A stretch of DNA of 62,659 nucleotides, the filler included, from Choristocarpus tenellus KU-1152 (lineage: Eukaryota > Protista > Phaeophyceae): the NCBI GenBank assembly GCA_964200185.2. It is 10 parts of 10 records of this genome, joined end to end, with 100 filler letters (N's around TTAATTAATTAA, not from the genome) between each part and the next. Parts side by side here need not be neighbours in the genome. Positions count along the whole stretch, not along the records: positions 49,022 to 59,217 come from CAXNAD020003087.1; positions 59,318 to 62,659 come from CAXNAD020020682.1; 8 more parts are not named here. One strand, written 5' to 3'. This document shows, piece after piece, positions 50,870 through 62,659 of the stretch. The notes beneath the pieces were generated by a model that saw only the letters and a program-made list of their open reading frames with translations, ran no database searches and was not told the DNA's origin. Position 1 is the first letter of the stretch, and each line of letters starts with the position of its first letter. The translations under genes were made by a program, and so were the position numbers.

Positions 50870-51840
50870 GATAGTCTATTGGATTTCTTTGGTCTTGATA
50901 TTGGCGACTATTTCGATGTTGCCATCATCCTTGGGGACAGCTGTACGATGCACCATCACCTTTGAACATCCAATGCAAAGTGCCTAGTCCCCAGTTATGG
51001 TGAAACTGCATGATGCATTGCATTTCTATTGTTGGTGTTCCAATTCTTAGCATATTTGTGATTGAGCGCTTGGCATAAGCAGCGAAAACTCCACTCAGCT
51101 TTTTGAAGTGGTACAATGACGTTCCTGTGCCCAGTATGACTTTACTTGCCAATACCGAATGTGGTCGACCATTCTCCATTGCACATGATGCTAAAATGAG
51201 GTTGTGCTTTAGTCTCAGCACCAGTATCAACCCCCCCAGAGCTGCTCATTTGATTTGCCCTCAAGGTTGTTCCAGGGTCGGTTCCAGTTACGTGCTGTGT
51301 GGTCTCCAGGGGTGTTTCCATCGGCTTGAATCACGAACCCCTTCCACTCTTCAAAGTTATTAAGGTCGTTCTTGTTGGGAATCATATGCTCGCCTGCCCC
51401 TTGCATCCAGGATCTAGAAGTCCTCATCGTCAATAGTGCCCATTGCCACTGTTGTCACTGTAACCAGCACACCCGATTGCGAAATTCCCATAGCTTGGTA
51501 CATGCTGGTTGCGCTACTTCTTGTTGCAGTCCTTGGCCCTATGTCCTATTCTTCGATATTCGAAGCATTTCCAATTGAAAACATTTTCCTTGTTCCCTTT
51601 CTTGCTGCGGCAATCTTTTGCCATATGGCCCTTCATACCACATGACGCACATTCGCAGTGAAACTGTGGTGTACATCTTCTGCATTGTGAGGCAAGGTGT
51701 CCTGGTGTCATGAAGAGTCGACTAATCTTCTTCTCTGGTTCCTTAAGCGCTGTCAGTGTGTTACTTCCTGCTTCTGTTTTGTCTGCTTCTAGCAGCTAAA
51801 ATCATTAGTCCTGCACAGTTTAAATTTGGCATTGGTCAAC
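50870..51840 (-). mobile_element. Copia gag-protease remnant (second family)
   Basis: Tandem CCHC knuckles CASCGMKGHMAKDC and CFEYRRIGHRAKDC; protease-like W..GAGEHM. Confidence 0.7.
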
Positions 51841-52829
51841 AGTCTCTCGCTGTAGAACATACCAGAACCAACTGCACATCTAGAGGACCTAGGGGATGAC
51901 ATTGGAGGAGAGAATAACTCACAACAAGAATGTGTAAACCTTGAAGAAGACGAAAATGAGCCCTACACTGCTGAACCAGTCAATATGAGACAAACAAGGG
52001 CTCTAAAGCAACTGGCAGTGGGACAAGATCCAGTAGTGATATGACAATGAGACGCACGAGAAGCATCCTCATGACTACTGGACACCAACAGGAAATCGAG
52101 TCAATGAAGGCATCCATTTTAAAGTTCTATCAGGAATCATTTGTGGCACAAATGGTCCTGCAGCATTGACCCAATGTGGACAGCTTATGGCCGTCTCAAA
52201 CATCCTGCCAACAATGAACATCTACGTAGACCCCTCTTGGTCCCTGAGACCCACAATGATCGCAAGGAGCAGGAATAATTTTCCCTACTGAACAAAGAGT
52301 ATTCCAAACACCTGTGCTTCAATTGCCCACCTTGAACCCTGAGTGTTGGGGACACTACAGAACATCTCCTTGCATTTCCCAAATAAAGCATGTGGGAGGT
52401 GATATCCGAAAGTATTGTGTCGTGGATGGGATGTCAAAGTTGACTGGTACATCAAAAAAGGTAGAGGGTGTATCAATTTGGGGATGCTTAAATCTAGAGT
52501 CAGTCATTGGATGCCTATTGGATTATGGAAAGAGTAGAGATGAGATGAGATGGAATAGCTCCCCATTCCCTCTAAAAAATGGGTGCCTTTTTTGGACTGA
52601 CTGCCTACAATTTGGAAATTTCCAATTCTCTAATGTTCTGCTCCACTTGAAATTTGCATTAGGCAGAGGAGTATGATTTGGTTAGGCATTTTTCTCAAAC
52701 AGTACAAACATTTCCACCTATTTGTCATATACTGTTAAAAATCTCCTTGATCATTCTGTACCAGTGTTTTTTTTTCACATTGTCCCATCCAATATATATA
52801 TTATTATGCCCTCTGATATTTTCCAGATG

Positions 52830-54610
52830 TGTCAGGGGAAAAGCCCAACCAATATCACGATGTATGTTGTAAACAGAATTTGACAGCCCCTTACCTGCGG
52901 TAACTTCCTGCCCCTCTCCGGCCCACTGGATGTGTAGTCAACTCATCCAGAAATTTTTCTGCTTGCCTACTGAGGTGCCTACAAGCTTTCCACCGTGAAG
53001 GTGTTGAGGTTAAAACTACGTAGTGGGTGCATTTTCATGGCTTGGCTGCAGCAGCAGCTACGCCATTGCTGGTGGATGAGTGGGGTAGATGGGAGACTGC
53101 TTGCACTTTTGCAAACACGGAACATCCAGGAGGAGGTCTTTGTCCCGGTAGGAAGCCGAGCCAGCATCCACAAGTGCCCCAGCATGGAAGACCACACCCG
53201 TGCAGAAATTCCGGTCCACTATGAATGGGCTACTGCCCTCCATAGTGCAAGGGATGCCCGTTCCCTTGTAGAGTTGACCTAGACGCTTCACCATTGATGT
53301 GTGTTGGCATACCTATCCCCGTGCCCAAGGGCAGGCACAAGCATGTCGAGTGTCAACATCATGCCTCCTGCACCAAGCCACAGGGCACCCATTGGATAGG
53401 GCCTCCCCACCCCCTAGGAATCTGCTGACAGTGAGTCCAAACTCTATGGGAAGGGATCTGGTGTGCTGGTTCCAGGCATTGTGTGGAGGTTCATGCATTT
53501 GCCCTTTGTACACAATGGCTCCGGTGGGGGTTCAGAGCTAGTGAAGATCTTCCCCTCCCTTGTTCTCCATCATCTGGTAGGTTGGCTAGTTGCATCCGGA
53601 AAGAGTCGAACCTGATCCTGTTCATGAGGCAGGGGATTTTATGTTGTGCCCTGCTTGCGATCCTGGCGTCATGGGCTGGTAGAGTGTGGACCTCTGGGAC
53701 AGTGGTAGGGGTTGTTGTTCCCCCCCAGGCTACCCAGCCTTGGCCAATAATTCCCGCCAAGTCTTCTAAGGGGAATCTTGATGAGAGGAGGGAGTGAATG
53801 GACGATCCTACTGCCCCGACTGTGTGACCCGTACAGATTCCATGAGCAAAAATCTCCCTATGGGGCCATGGGGCCCTTTGTTGTCTTGCTAGGAGGGTGG
53901 GGAGAATAGCCACGGCCGCAAAGCATCTCAGGACGGGGGGGGGGTCTACACCAGGGTGTCCATTCGGACCCTAACCAGGAGAAGTGCACTTACATTATCC
54001 ATCCTTTGCATGCAACCAAATCACTCAAAAATCGCGACATGGAAAAATGGATCCCAAATGGACAGCCGCCACCCCCCCCTAGATACTTTGAGCCACTAGC
54101 GATCCCACAAAGCTGCGTGCTGGCGATGTTTCATGGAGGATAGGCCCAAGTCCCACGAACTTGTGAGCATCTGTGCCTATAGTTGGTATATTTCCAGGCG
54201 AAGAGATCCATATTCACAAACCTCATCAAAGAATTCAGTGGCTCCAGCTGAGTATACTACTTCCATTGTCTTCTCCATAGTCCGCAGTGAGGTATTGTTG
54301 GCTCGTTCCATGGTGGAGCGTGCCAGGTGGAGGGGAATGATCTTATCAAATAACCTAGACAGGAAGAGAGGGTCCAGGAGTCGAGGAGCCAGGCAACTTG
54401 TTTATCCTACATGTCACTCAGGTTCGTGGCCAGCATTTATGAGCCTGAGGTCTCAATCAACCTGGCCATGTCGGCCTGGATAGTTTCATCTGTCCCTACT
54501 AGAGTCACTAACGCGACTAAATCAATTGAGTCTAAAAAGGTTTATTCCCTTCGTGTCTAGGAGTTCCAGTTCCGAGGGCGTGGGCTGGTGGCGCTAAGTT
54601 GGTCCGGTAA
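52830..54610 (-). mobile_element. Decayed CRE-like non-LTR retrotransposon (end of RT, zinc knuckle, RLE)
   Basis: CP...CRRHDVDTRHACAC knuckle, then GIPCTMEGSSPF...LLLDV and FNLNTFTVES; interrupted by MITE B. Confidence 0.85.
53915..54094 (-). mobile_element. MITE family B, reverse orientation
   Basis: TIRs with flanks ACG/ACT; excision restores SFVGSLVAILPTLL in the host element. Confidence 0.9.
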
Positions 54611-55591
54611 TTAATGTCTTACCCATCTTCACCACTATTCTAGATATTACAAGATCTCTTGGCTCTTTTTCCAACCTTAAATATTAGTAGTAATATATTA
54701 GCATTTACAAAATACACACTTCTTCTAAAAATACCTGTTTCCTCTTTCCCAGAAGAAGTATCGGCAGAAGAATAATGGCATCAGAAACATTTCTCAACAT
54801 CCTTCCATTACAATTATATAATATATCCAAATAGTATGTAGAAGGTGATGGTGATGTAAGATGTGAGAGTTCTAGAAAATCTACCAAAACTCTGTATTCA
54901 ACCTTACCATTTTGTCGTGATACGTCAAATCCCTTCTTTGAGTGAGTGACCAACTCTACTACTAGTCTATAAGAGCAACAATTGTCAAGGCTCTCTCAGA
55001 AGGTTGGAAAGGGACCTTCACTTGATTCACCGCATCGGACCTGACTTTGACATAGGAATGTTCAAGTCCCTTCTCACTAGGGTGTGTGGTTGTAACATGA
55101 CGAGCGATCGCGAAATAGATCGTTGGCGAGGGGATCAGGGAAGAGGATGATTCCCGGACAGGGTGATGTGGGAATATGTTTGTATAGTTGAACGACATAA
55201 TATACGTTGTGGGAGGATCAACTTTGAGAGTGATTCTTGGAGAATGGACAACATGCAGCGATTTTGAAAATGAAACAATATATTTGGGGGGTTGATTTGT
55301 TCTATAGGAACCTTACTCTCTTGCAAGTTTTGGTTCTAGTCGGCATGACTCAATTTGATCATTCTATAATAGTCACGTTGTACCCAGAGGCCATTGTCGG
55401 TCAGGTGTGGTCTATATTCGTACCTTTCCTCCCCCCTTTTTTCAGGTTATTCATTACCACACCTATCTCTTTGTGTTGCTGTGCTGTTGTGCTGCTGTGC
55501 TGTTGTGTGCTGCTTCTTCCTTCAATACCAACCTCGTCAGCTTAGAAAAACGCTGTGGTCTGACGCTGGGAACGACACGGAAGATCTCACC

Positions 55592-58500
55592 ATGTCGCCG
55601 TCCCGTCTGGAGTCCAAGGAATCTACGCAGGTAAACCCGGCTGACGATGCCTCGAAAAATGCTAAGGCTGTCCCCGTTGTTCACGCGGAATCAGTTCCCG
55701 TCAAGAAAGGGAAGAACGATCACCAGGCGAAGCTCGACAAGCTCACGAAAGACCGCGAGTGCATACTGAACTGCTGGCCGGACTCAAAGGGGCTGGGACT
55801 TCAGCCTGAAGAGGTGGCTCTCAACACCTTCCTCCGGAAAAACTTGAAATTCCTCTTTGGTCAAACAGGCTTCAATCCCCCTGTTCCAGCTCGCAACCCT
55901 GTGTCAGTGACTATGCACAACCCGAGGTTCTCCGCTAGCTTGTGGGCGCTCAATACAGAGGCATACCAGAGAAAGGGTCATGTGAGTAATTGTGATGGTG
56001 GTTCTCACCCTTTGTGCCCCTTTGCAAAGTCGAGTCTTGATCGATATTCTCAACTATTCACAGCAATGGCGGGGTCAGCATGTAACTCTGTCAACAATAG
56101 CTTGCGTGAATGGGTCCATTTGGTCAAGATTCTCAATAGAGTGACCCCATTCCCGATAGAGAGCTCTGCATTTGAAGTTATTCCTTTGCAGCCTATGAGT
56201 CCCACTCGTCTTCCTGACCTTTACAAACATAAGCAACCGAATCTTGAATGCACATGCATCGTACCTCTGACGCACAGATATCTCGGAGTCTGAAGGAGGT
56301 TGTTGCTCTGGGCGTTTCCATTGCAAATCGCTGTCCTCATTGGTGAGATATTATATTGGTACCTACTACGTATTAGGATAATTTCGCTTTGGAGAGGGAG
56401 ATCAATGTATCCTCCAACAACATATTTTTTTCGTTTCGAGTGTGCACAGATTAAGTCTGCACACAATGTAAACTTGAACATGCAGTTCTCACTTAGAAAC
56501 AAGGATGGTATTGACAGAGAGTTCGGCATTGGAGGGAGGGTAATTTGCGGGGCCCCAATTACGAGGGGAATTGGTATTTCTTGGCAGGTGAAAATGGTCG
56601 AGTTTTGTCATGTTGTAGAATGTAGAATTTTTGTAGCCATTTACACCAGTGTGTCAACTAGATTTCACTCCCTGCAAAGGTTTAGGTTAGTCTACCTTTC
56701 TGTTTTACCGAATATATCATGGTTGTTTCACATACTTTTTGTATGCCGAGCTTATAGCTTGTAGGCTGTACCTGTGTATGCATCAAGTGCTATTCCTTCC
56801 CCGTCCATGTGCTCTAGCAGTAAGGCCCCCTTGTGCTTGCTTTTTTTTCCTTCGTGACTCTCCCACTTCACACACACATCTGAGAAATCTTGTTTTTAAG
56901 AATATATCCTACTTCTGAAAATACGTTTACAAGATTCTCGCATGTTTGTTGTAGAAATTATGTCAAGGCGTACTCAGAGGAAAGAGCTGTAACAAGATTG
57001 CATTATTTTTGTTACATTGTGCAGTTTGTAGGTGATATGTTTGTCCGAATGGCGTTCAAAGTAAACGATGGCGTTTCCCAAGCATCTGTAAAAATGCAAA
57101 CTGCCCCAAAACGTAATGATTCAGTTTTGGTTGGGACATTGAGTGTTTTTGTTTTTGATCATTTGAGCTGTTCTTGTAGGCGCTACTGTCTCCCTCAGCC
57201 CTATTTTGACTTGCACGTTTTTTTGATGAAAATGCCTACAGTGCTTTCATCCACACAGCCTTTGGTCCTGCAGCTGGGTCTGATGTGTCTTTCGATGAGA
57301 TGCAGGTGCTATACCAGACAGAGGACCCAATGATTGCTTTCAAAGAAGATGCAGATCCGCTGGCCCCAGGTCTGGCTGCTTGGGCACTTGCGCATAGGAA
57401 TGGTGAAGCTCGAATAAAGAATGTTCCTGTCCCAGTGAGTGATTGCTTCTTTACTGTCTATTCCTGGAACCAAAAAGTAAAGCGTCATCTGTGAGAACCG
57501 ATTCTTTTTGCATCATGTTTTTATTGATGTTTTGTTGCCGAATCAATCCACAACCGTTATCTTTCCTGTTTTGTTCTTTTCAATTTTGTTTTGTTTCCCA
57601 AGGATCTGCTTGTTTGTTGCCACCTTTGCTTGTGCCTTCATTGTGATTATGTGATAGCTCGAAGCGAAGGATTGGTGCGTGTTCCAATCAATCTAAGCTA
57701 TTTTCTTGCGTGGATTTCTGTTCCTGTTTTGCTTTTTTTTAAGGCGTGATACCACATGAACTATTTAATGTGTTTAGGGACATTGCTCTTTCTGTTTCGG
57801 ACATCGATGTTGACTGCATTCTCTTTGCGTGTAACATGGTACTAAAAAGCACCGTGTCGAGATGATAAGCACCCTTGACCCTTGTCGGCCACAGTCCCTG
57901 AAGGGAACCTCTAATCCCTTCTGTGTTTATTAAAGTAATGTTGGGTTGTACTAGAGGTCAACCAATTGGAATACGTAATTGAGGATGCAGCACATTTGTT
58001 CTATGTTACTCTTCTGTCTCGAACTGTCAGCGGTATGCCTCTAATGCATGATTGCTCCCTTGTTGTCTGTCCTTTGTATATACACTGCTTCAACTGGGCA
58101 GGCAGAGATGATCCCAGAGGTAATGGGCACCATGGTGCTCTTTGCCATGTACAACAGGATAGTGGATGCGTGAGTTGATATATCTCCCTATGAAACCTGT
58201 TTTCAATACTGTACGACTCTTCTGTGATTGATCTGAGATATGATGAGACCGCTCTCCTACTTACATCGATGAAATAGGCTCTTTCCGCCCTTCCTTCATG
58301 GGTAGGGTGGTAGTAGGTGTCGGTTTTTATTCTTGCACGACATGCCAGAACTACTTCCTGCTTGAACAGTGGCTGTGATCCTTGTGAGAGAGTTCATTGC
58401 ACCTTTCTTGTGCTGAACTCAGTGTGGTGTTTTCAAGCACCTGCCATAGGTACCACACTTCTTCTCCTCCCTTTACTTCGTTATAAAATGTCTGTCGTAA

Positions 58501-58937
58501 CCCTAATGCACAGGTTTGTGTCTCAGCAGGAGTCTGGGCCAATGTTTCCCCTCCCAGTTCGGGTGCTGATGAAGTTCCCATCATTGGCACCACTGGTTCA
58601 GCGAATGATGAGTGGTATGATGACTTGGTTGATGTATAGCGAGGATGAAAAAGTACAAGAGGGCAAGGTCCTGCGAGACATCAACAAAGTGGCTCCAATT
58701 GTAAGGGGTGTTGAGGGATTCCAAGAGGAACCTGCTCAGGAGCTCTCTGAAGAGTTTAAGTGGGCAGCAGGGGAAGAAGTGATCAGAACTACCATGGCAT
58801 TCCTAGCGGCAGAGGCAGAGCACATGTCTTCCGAGTTTGTTCCTAGCCCTTTAAGGACATACTTCCTCTACTGGATTACCTGCTGGGATGGGGCCAGGTC
58901 TTCTTCCAAGGATATGGAGGAGTGGATTGAGATGGAG
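55592..58937 (+). CDS. AhpD/carboxymuconolactone-decarboxylase-like protein, 3' end beyond the gap
   Basis: Exons 55592-55981, 56450-56573 (donor uncertain; alternative 56539 plus micro-exon 56955-56988), 57274 (or 57259)-57434, 58102-58169, 58514-58937. Motifs TMHNP...LW....EA, PEVMG..V.F...NRIV..F, WAAG, VP..LR, WDG......W.E match my recollection of long actinobacterial AhpD-like proteins. Confidence 0.7.
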
Positions 58938-59326
58938 GTGAGTGGGGATGGATTATGTTGATTTAGGAGGGCTTGTGATTAGAGGGACAAAAATACGGAC
59001 TGTGCAGGTGCGATGTAGTGAAAATAGAGAGGGGCAGGTCAGGGCAGGGCGTAACCTAACTACTGTGATGTGAATATTCTTCAAATTGTTTGGTGCAAGT
59101 GTAGATTATAGGACGGAGTCTTTTTTTGGTGCTGTTTTTTTTTTTTTTTTTTTTGGTGTTCCTTTAACCCTTGATCGAAATATGTCATTTTGTCTGAGAG
59201 GTTTTCACATTTTGGGCNNNNNNNNNNNNNNNNNNNNNNNNNNNNNNNNNNNNNNNNNNNNTTAATTAATTAANNNNNNNNNNNNNNNNNNNNNNNNNNN
59301 NNNNNNNNNNNNNNNNNTCACAACAG

Positions 59327-61502
59327 GTATCCAGTGGTGCTGGAGCTGCCACCACGTCTCATGTCACCGGCATTTCGAAAACAGGTCCCGGGGGGGGCTC
59401 TCAAGTACCGCCTCTTTACTGTAGGTGAGAATACGCAGGGTGCAGTTGAGGTTGGGATTTGATTATTTTGTTTTGCCATACCTTTGGAGGGGGAGGGGGA
59501 GGGAGAGGGACGACTTTGGGGAAACATGGTGAGTTGCTGAGCATTGGCAGGTGGGGAGGGGGGAGAGAGATTGAACAGAACAATATAACTATGTGTGAGT
59601 GTGCATGTTGAACAAGGATGTCTACATGCCGTGGGGAGTTCTTGCACTGTGATGGCGTTGAACTGGTCCAAGAATTCAGTCAAGCCGCTGTATAGCCAAG
59701 TCTTCAGGGGCGGCAGTGGGATGTGTTGGTTGCCTGTTGGGTTATGACTTGATTGCGGGAGGATCAGTTGCCCTTGGAATCACCCCCCTACCCTACCCTA
59801 CCCTACCCTACTCCCTTCCCCGATATCCCACCCTCCTTGACCTGCTTGTTGCATATCATCCAATGCCGTGACTGGTTACATAGTAGTAGGAAGTAGTTGA
59901 CTCCCAGGAAATGGGGGGTGGGGGCGGGGTCAGATGAAATTGGGTTGTAACCTTGGTGCATTGGGTGTAGATGAGGTCCCCTTTTTTCGAGGAAGTGTCA
60001 AAAGTAAGAATACACACTCCGGGTTTCTGGGGGAAAAGTTGAAACATGTCTGGTGCATTCAGTTTATTGCACCAACAAGTAAACTTTTTGTGTTGATGTA
60101 TTGGTGTACGGGCATCCCTTACACCAGAAGCGTAGTCCTTGTACTACATAGTACCAAGCATATTATTGTTATTTCTATTAATGTTGTTTTTTGCAACACT
60201 ACAGCATTGGAGAGATTAGCTCTTTGGTTAAGTATGCCCACTGGTGTGTAGCGGTTTGAATAAGGTTGCAATATACCATTGACCTTATATTTCAGATTCC
60301 TTACACCTTTGTTGAAAGTAAGAATCATGGTGTTGTACTCCTCAACCTTGAGTTTTTATTTTTATTTTTGTCAAAAAGAAAAAAGAAGTGAAACCTCTGC
60401 ACTTTTAACACCTTTCCGAAGAAACCTGATGTGGACCGTCTGTGATAGTATAGTACAAGGACTTGCTTTAGATGCCATTTTTTGGGGGGGGTTTTTTTAG
60501 AGTGAGGACTGCAGAGGGGTGACCATCATGGTGAGATGATGTAATAACTTTCCACCAGTGCCAATGCCGTTTTTCCAGTGCTGTGAACCAAGAGAAACTA
60601 CAGCTATAGGATTAGATCAGTTACAGAAAAAAAAAAATGGATCAATCGAATTGAGCAGTTGATGCACGATGCGGTGTGCATCCAACCGCATGCAGTTGTC
60701 GAGTGATGCGTCGCACCACAAAGAAATTTCTCCGTGGCAACCACAGTTCTTCCCGGGCAGATATCTGGAGCCGTGAAGAGTGACGTGGGTAGTGAGTTGT
60801 GGGTAGTGGTGTGAAAGCTTGTGACCGATATGTTATTCTTCTGTGACCTCAGACGTCATTCATTTTAGTTACACACTTCTGGTTGTATTGTAATGAGCGT
60901 AAATATATAATATAGCCAAATAACCTAACTTTTTTTTCAGTTTCGGTCATTCAGTTATTCAGTTATTCCGACTGTAAGCAAACTGAAGACTACACTGTTT
61001 TGATGAGAACTATGGCTGATGTTACTTATTGTTTTGGAACCCCTGTGTTCAGCAGACCCGAGTTGGCGAGGCAATAGGGACGACTTTATCCTACTCTCCT
61101 GGTTACCCGTGCACCTTACCTGTGCCATTAGAGCACTTTCATTCAGGCGTCTAGACCGGTTCTAACATCTTGCTTTCCTGCCTATGGCCATTTAATCCTC
61201 CCCATCTGTTCTATTCCTTCACTCTTTTTTTTTTTTTGCTGTGTTGATCGTCTGTCTTGATCCTTTGCCCCTGGGTTGGCCCCGGTGGCTATGTATGCAC
61301 AGTGCTCCACCATGGTCGAAATATCCATGGTGGACACTACACGGCCTACGTTCGGGATCAGCTGGGTGCATGGCGGCATTGTGATGACCAGCATGTCACC
61401 CCGGAATTGGAGGCCTCGGCGTTGGACCCACCAAGCGGAGGTCACCCATACCTTCTATTCTACACTCTTGAACAAGACTTGGGGGCAACAGAACATCTCT
61501 GA
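59327..61502 (+). CDS. Ubiquitin-specific protease (peptidase C19, USP10/Ubp3-like), last two exons
   Basis: Exons 59327-59424 and 61303-61502 splice to YPVVLELP...KYRLFTVVLHHGRNIHGGHYTAYVR...WRHCDDQHV...PYLLFY (His box). Confidence 0.9.
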
Positions 61503-62004
61503 AGAGTTTCGAGTATTGTCTGTGTTTAGCTGCCTGTGCATTCTGGTCTTATCTACGCTTCTTGTGAGCCTTGTTGGTGCGGTCTATGTATGCATGACCA
61601 TTGGGTAGTTGCCAAAGAGGAGAGTTTGTTGCAACTCAAAGTATTTTTGTTTCTTTGGTGGGTTATTTGAAAGTCTTTGTGCGATGGATGGGGAAGCTGA
61701 GTAGGTTTCCCCCCCCTTCTTTCCACCTTCTCCTCTGTCACCAGGTGACACATATCGTCCTTATCTGGGAGGTATATGGGGAGTGGTGAGAGTACGGTCT
61801 CCTAGTGCAAAATGCCTTTGGGTTGTGGTTCGTTTGGCCTTGCGTGTGTGTGGGTTTGTGGGGGTTAGTTGTGTGGTGTATATCTACATGAATTGTTGTA
61901 GAATATTGGTAAAAGCGATGGAGCCTCCAATGACTTTTCAGTCACCTTGCCGACATCTGGTGGGTGAAGCAATGACACACAAGCATATTATGGTCGCATA
62001 GGAA

Positions 62005-62304
62005 GCTGAGCAAACTTGGTTGCCTTTGATCAGCTAATACAATGTGATGTAGTGGCTTTTCAAGCGCAACAGAGAACCTCAATAATTGCTTGAGGGGAAG
62101 GAACTCCTCCAAGTTGTTGCAGAGATAGCGAGTACATAGTATAGTGTCTTTTGCTGAGCAAACTTGGTTGCCTTTGATCAGCTAATATGATGTGATGTGG
62201 TGGCTTGCTTCAAGTAGAACAGCGAACGTCAATGATTGCTTGAGGTGAAGGAACTTCGGCAAGCTTACAGAGATAGCGAGTACATAGTATGGTGTCTTTT
62301 GCTG
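62005..62304. repeat. Diverged tandem duplication, ~148 bp x2
   Basis: GCTGAGCAAACTTGGTTGCCTTTGATCAGCTAATA at 62005 and 62153. Confidence 0.92.
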
Positions 62305-62659
62305 TATGGAGTATATGTGGAAGTACTCATCGAGCGATAAGGATATGTATGGTTGTGGTCTATGATGAACCTCACTCGACTCTCTCCGTCGAACTATAAC
62401 ATATAGATTCAAAGTCCAGCTATCTTGCAAGCAAAGCTATATATATACTCAGTACATAGTAAATGACCAACACTTGTTTGTGGGACTATGTTCCCATAAC
62501 ATAGGATTTTCAAAATTGAGGATGGAGCGGGGCTATGAGGATGGTTGTTCTGCGAAAACTGTCTTGAAAAAGTACCGAAAGTTTTTTTTGCGACTGTTTT
62601 TGCACTTGGAAGGGCCCGGGATATGTCCTTTTTGGGGAAATGTTTCGGCACTTATTAAG

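Noticed and set aside
55394-56293. 299-aa ORF as a single-exon gene
   Set aside because: Read-through beyond the GTGAGT donor at 55982; only the central part is exon

Overview
Eukaryotic nuclear DNA, most likely an ochrophyte (brown alga or close relative). This is inferred from a signal-peptide+ASAFAP-type FtsH, intron-rich genes and WSC repeats. The window is about ten contigs joined by nine artificial 100-nt N/TTAATTAATTAA linkers, so adjacency across linkers is unproven. Six spliced genes can be reconstructed by hand: (1) the 3' part of a glucose/sorbosone-dehydrogenase (HHIP-like) beta-propeller fused to three WSC domains built from phase-matched exon pairs, with a spare terminal half-WSC exon; (2) one HSF DNA-binding exon; (3) a Q/P-rich protein with a GRGRG..PAWMT motif and a C-terminal WW domain; (4) a complete plastid-targeted FtsH; (5) an AhpD/CMD-like protein resembling actinobacterial proteins, with the redox CxxC apparently replaced by DxxD; (6) the 3' end of a USP deubiquitinase. 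The rest is largely nested, decayed transposons: Copia elements, CRE-like RLE non-LTR elements, a pogo-like tail and three MITE families. Two MITE families share a TIR core and subterminal motifs. Gene 5' parts are CpG-rich and 3' exons are CpG-poor, which suggests a methylation footprint. All homology calls come from motif recognition; no database search was run.
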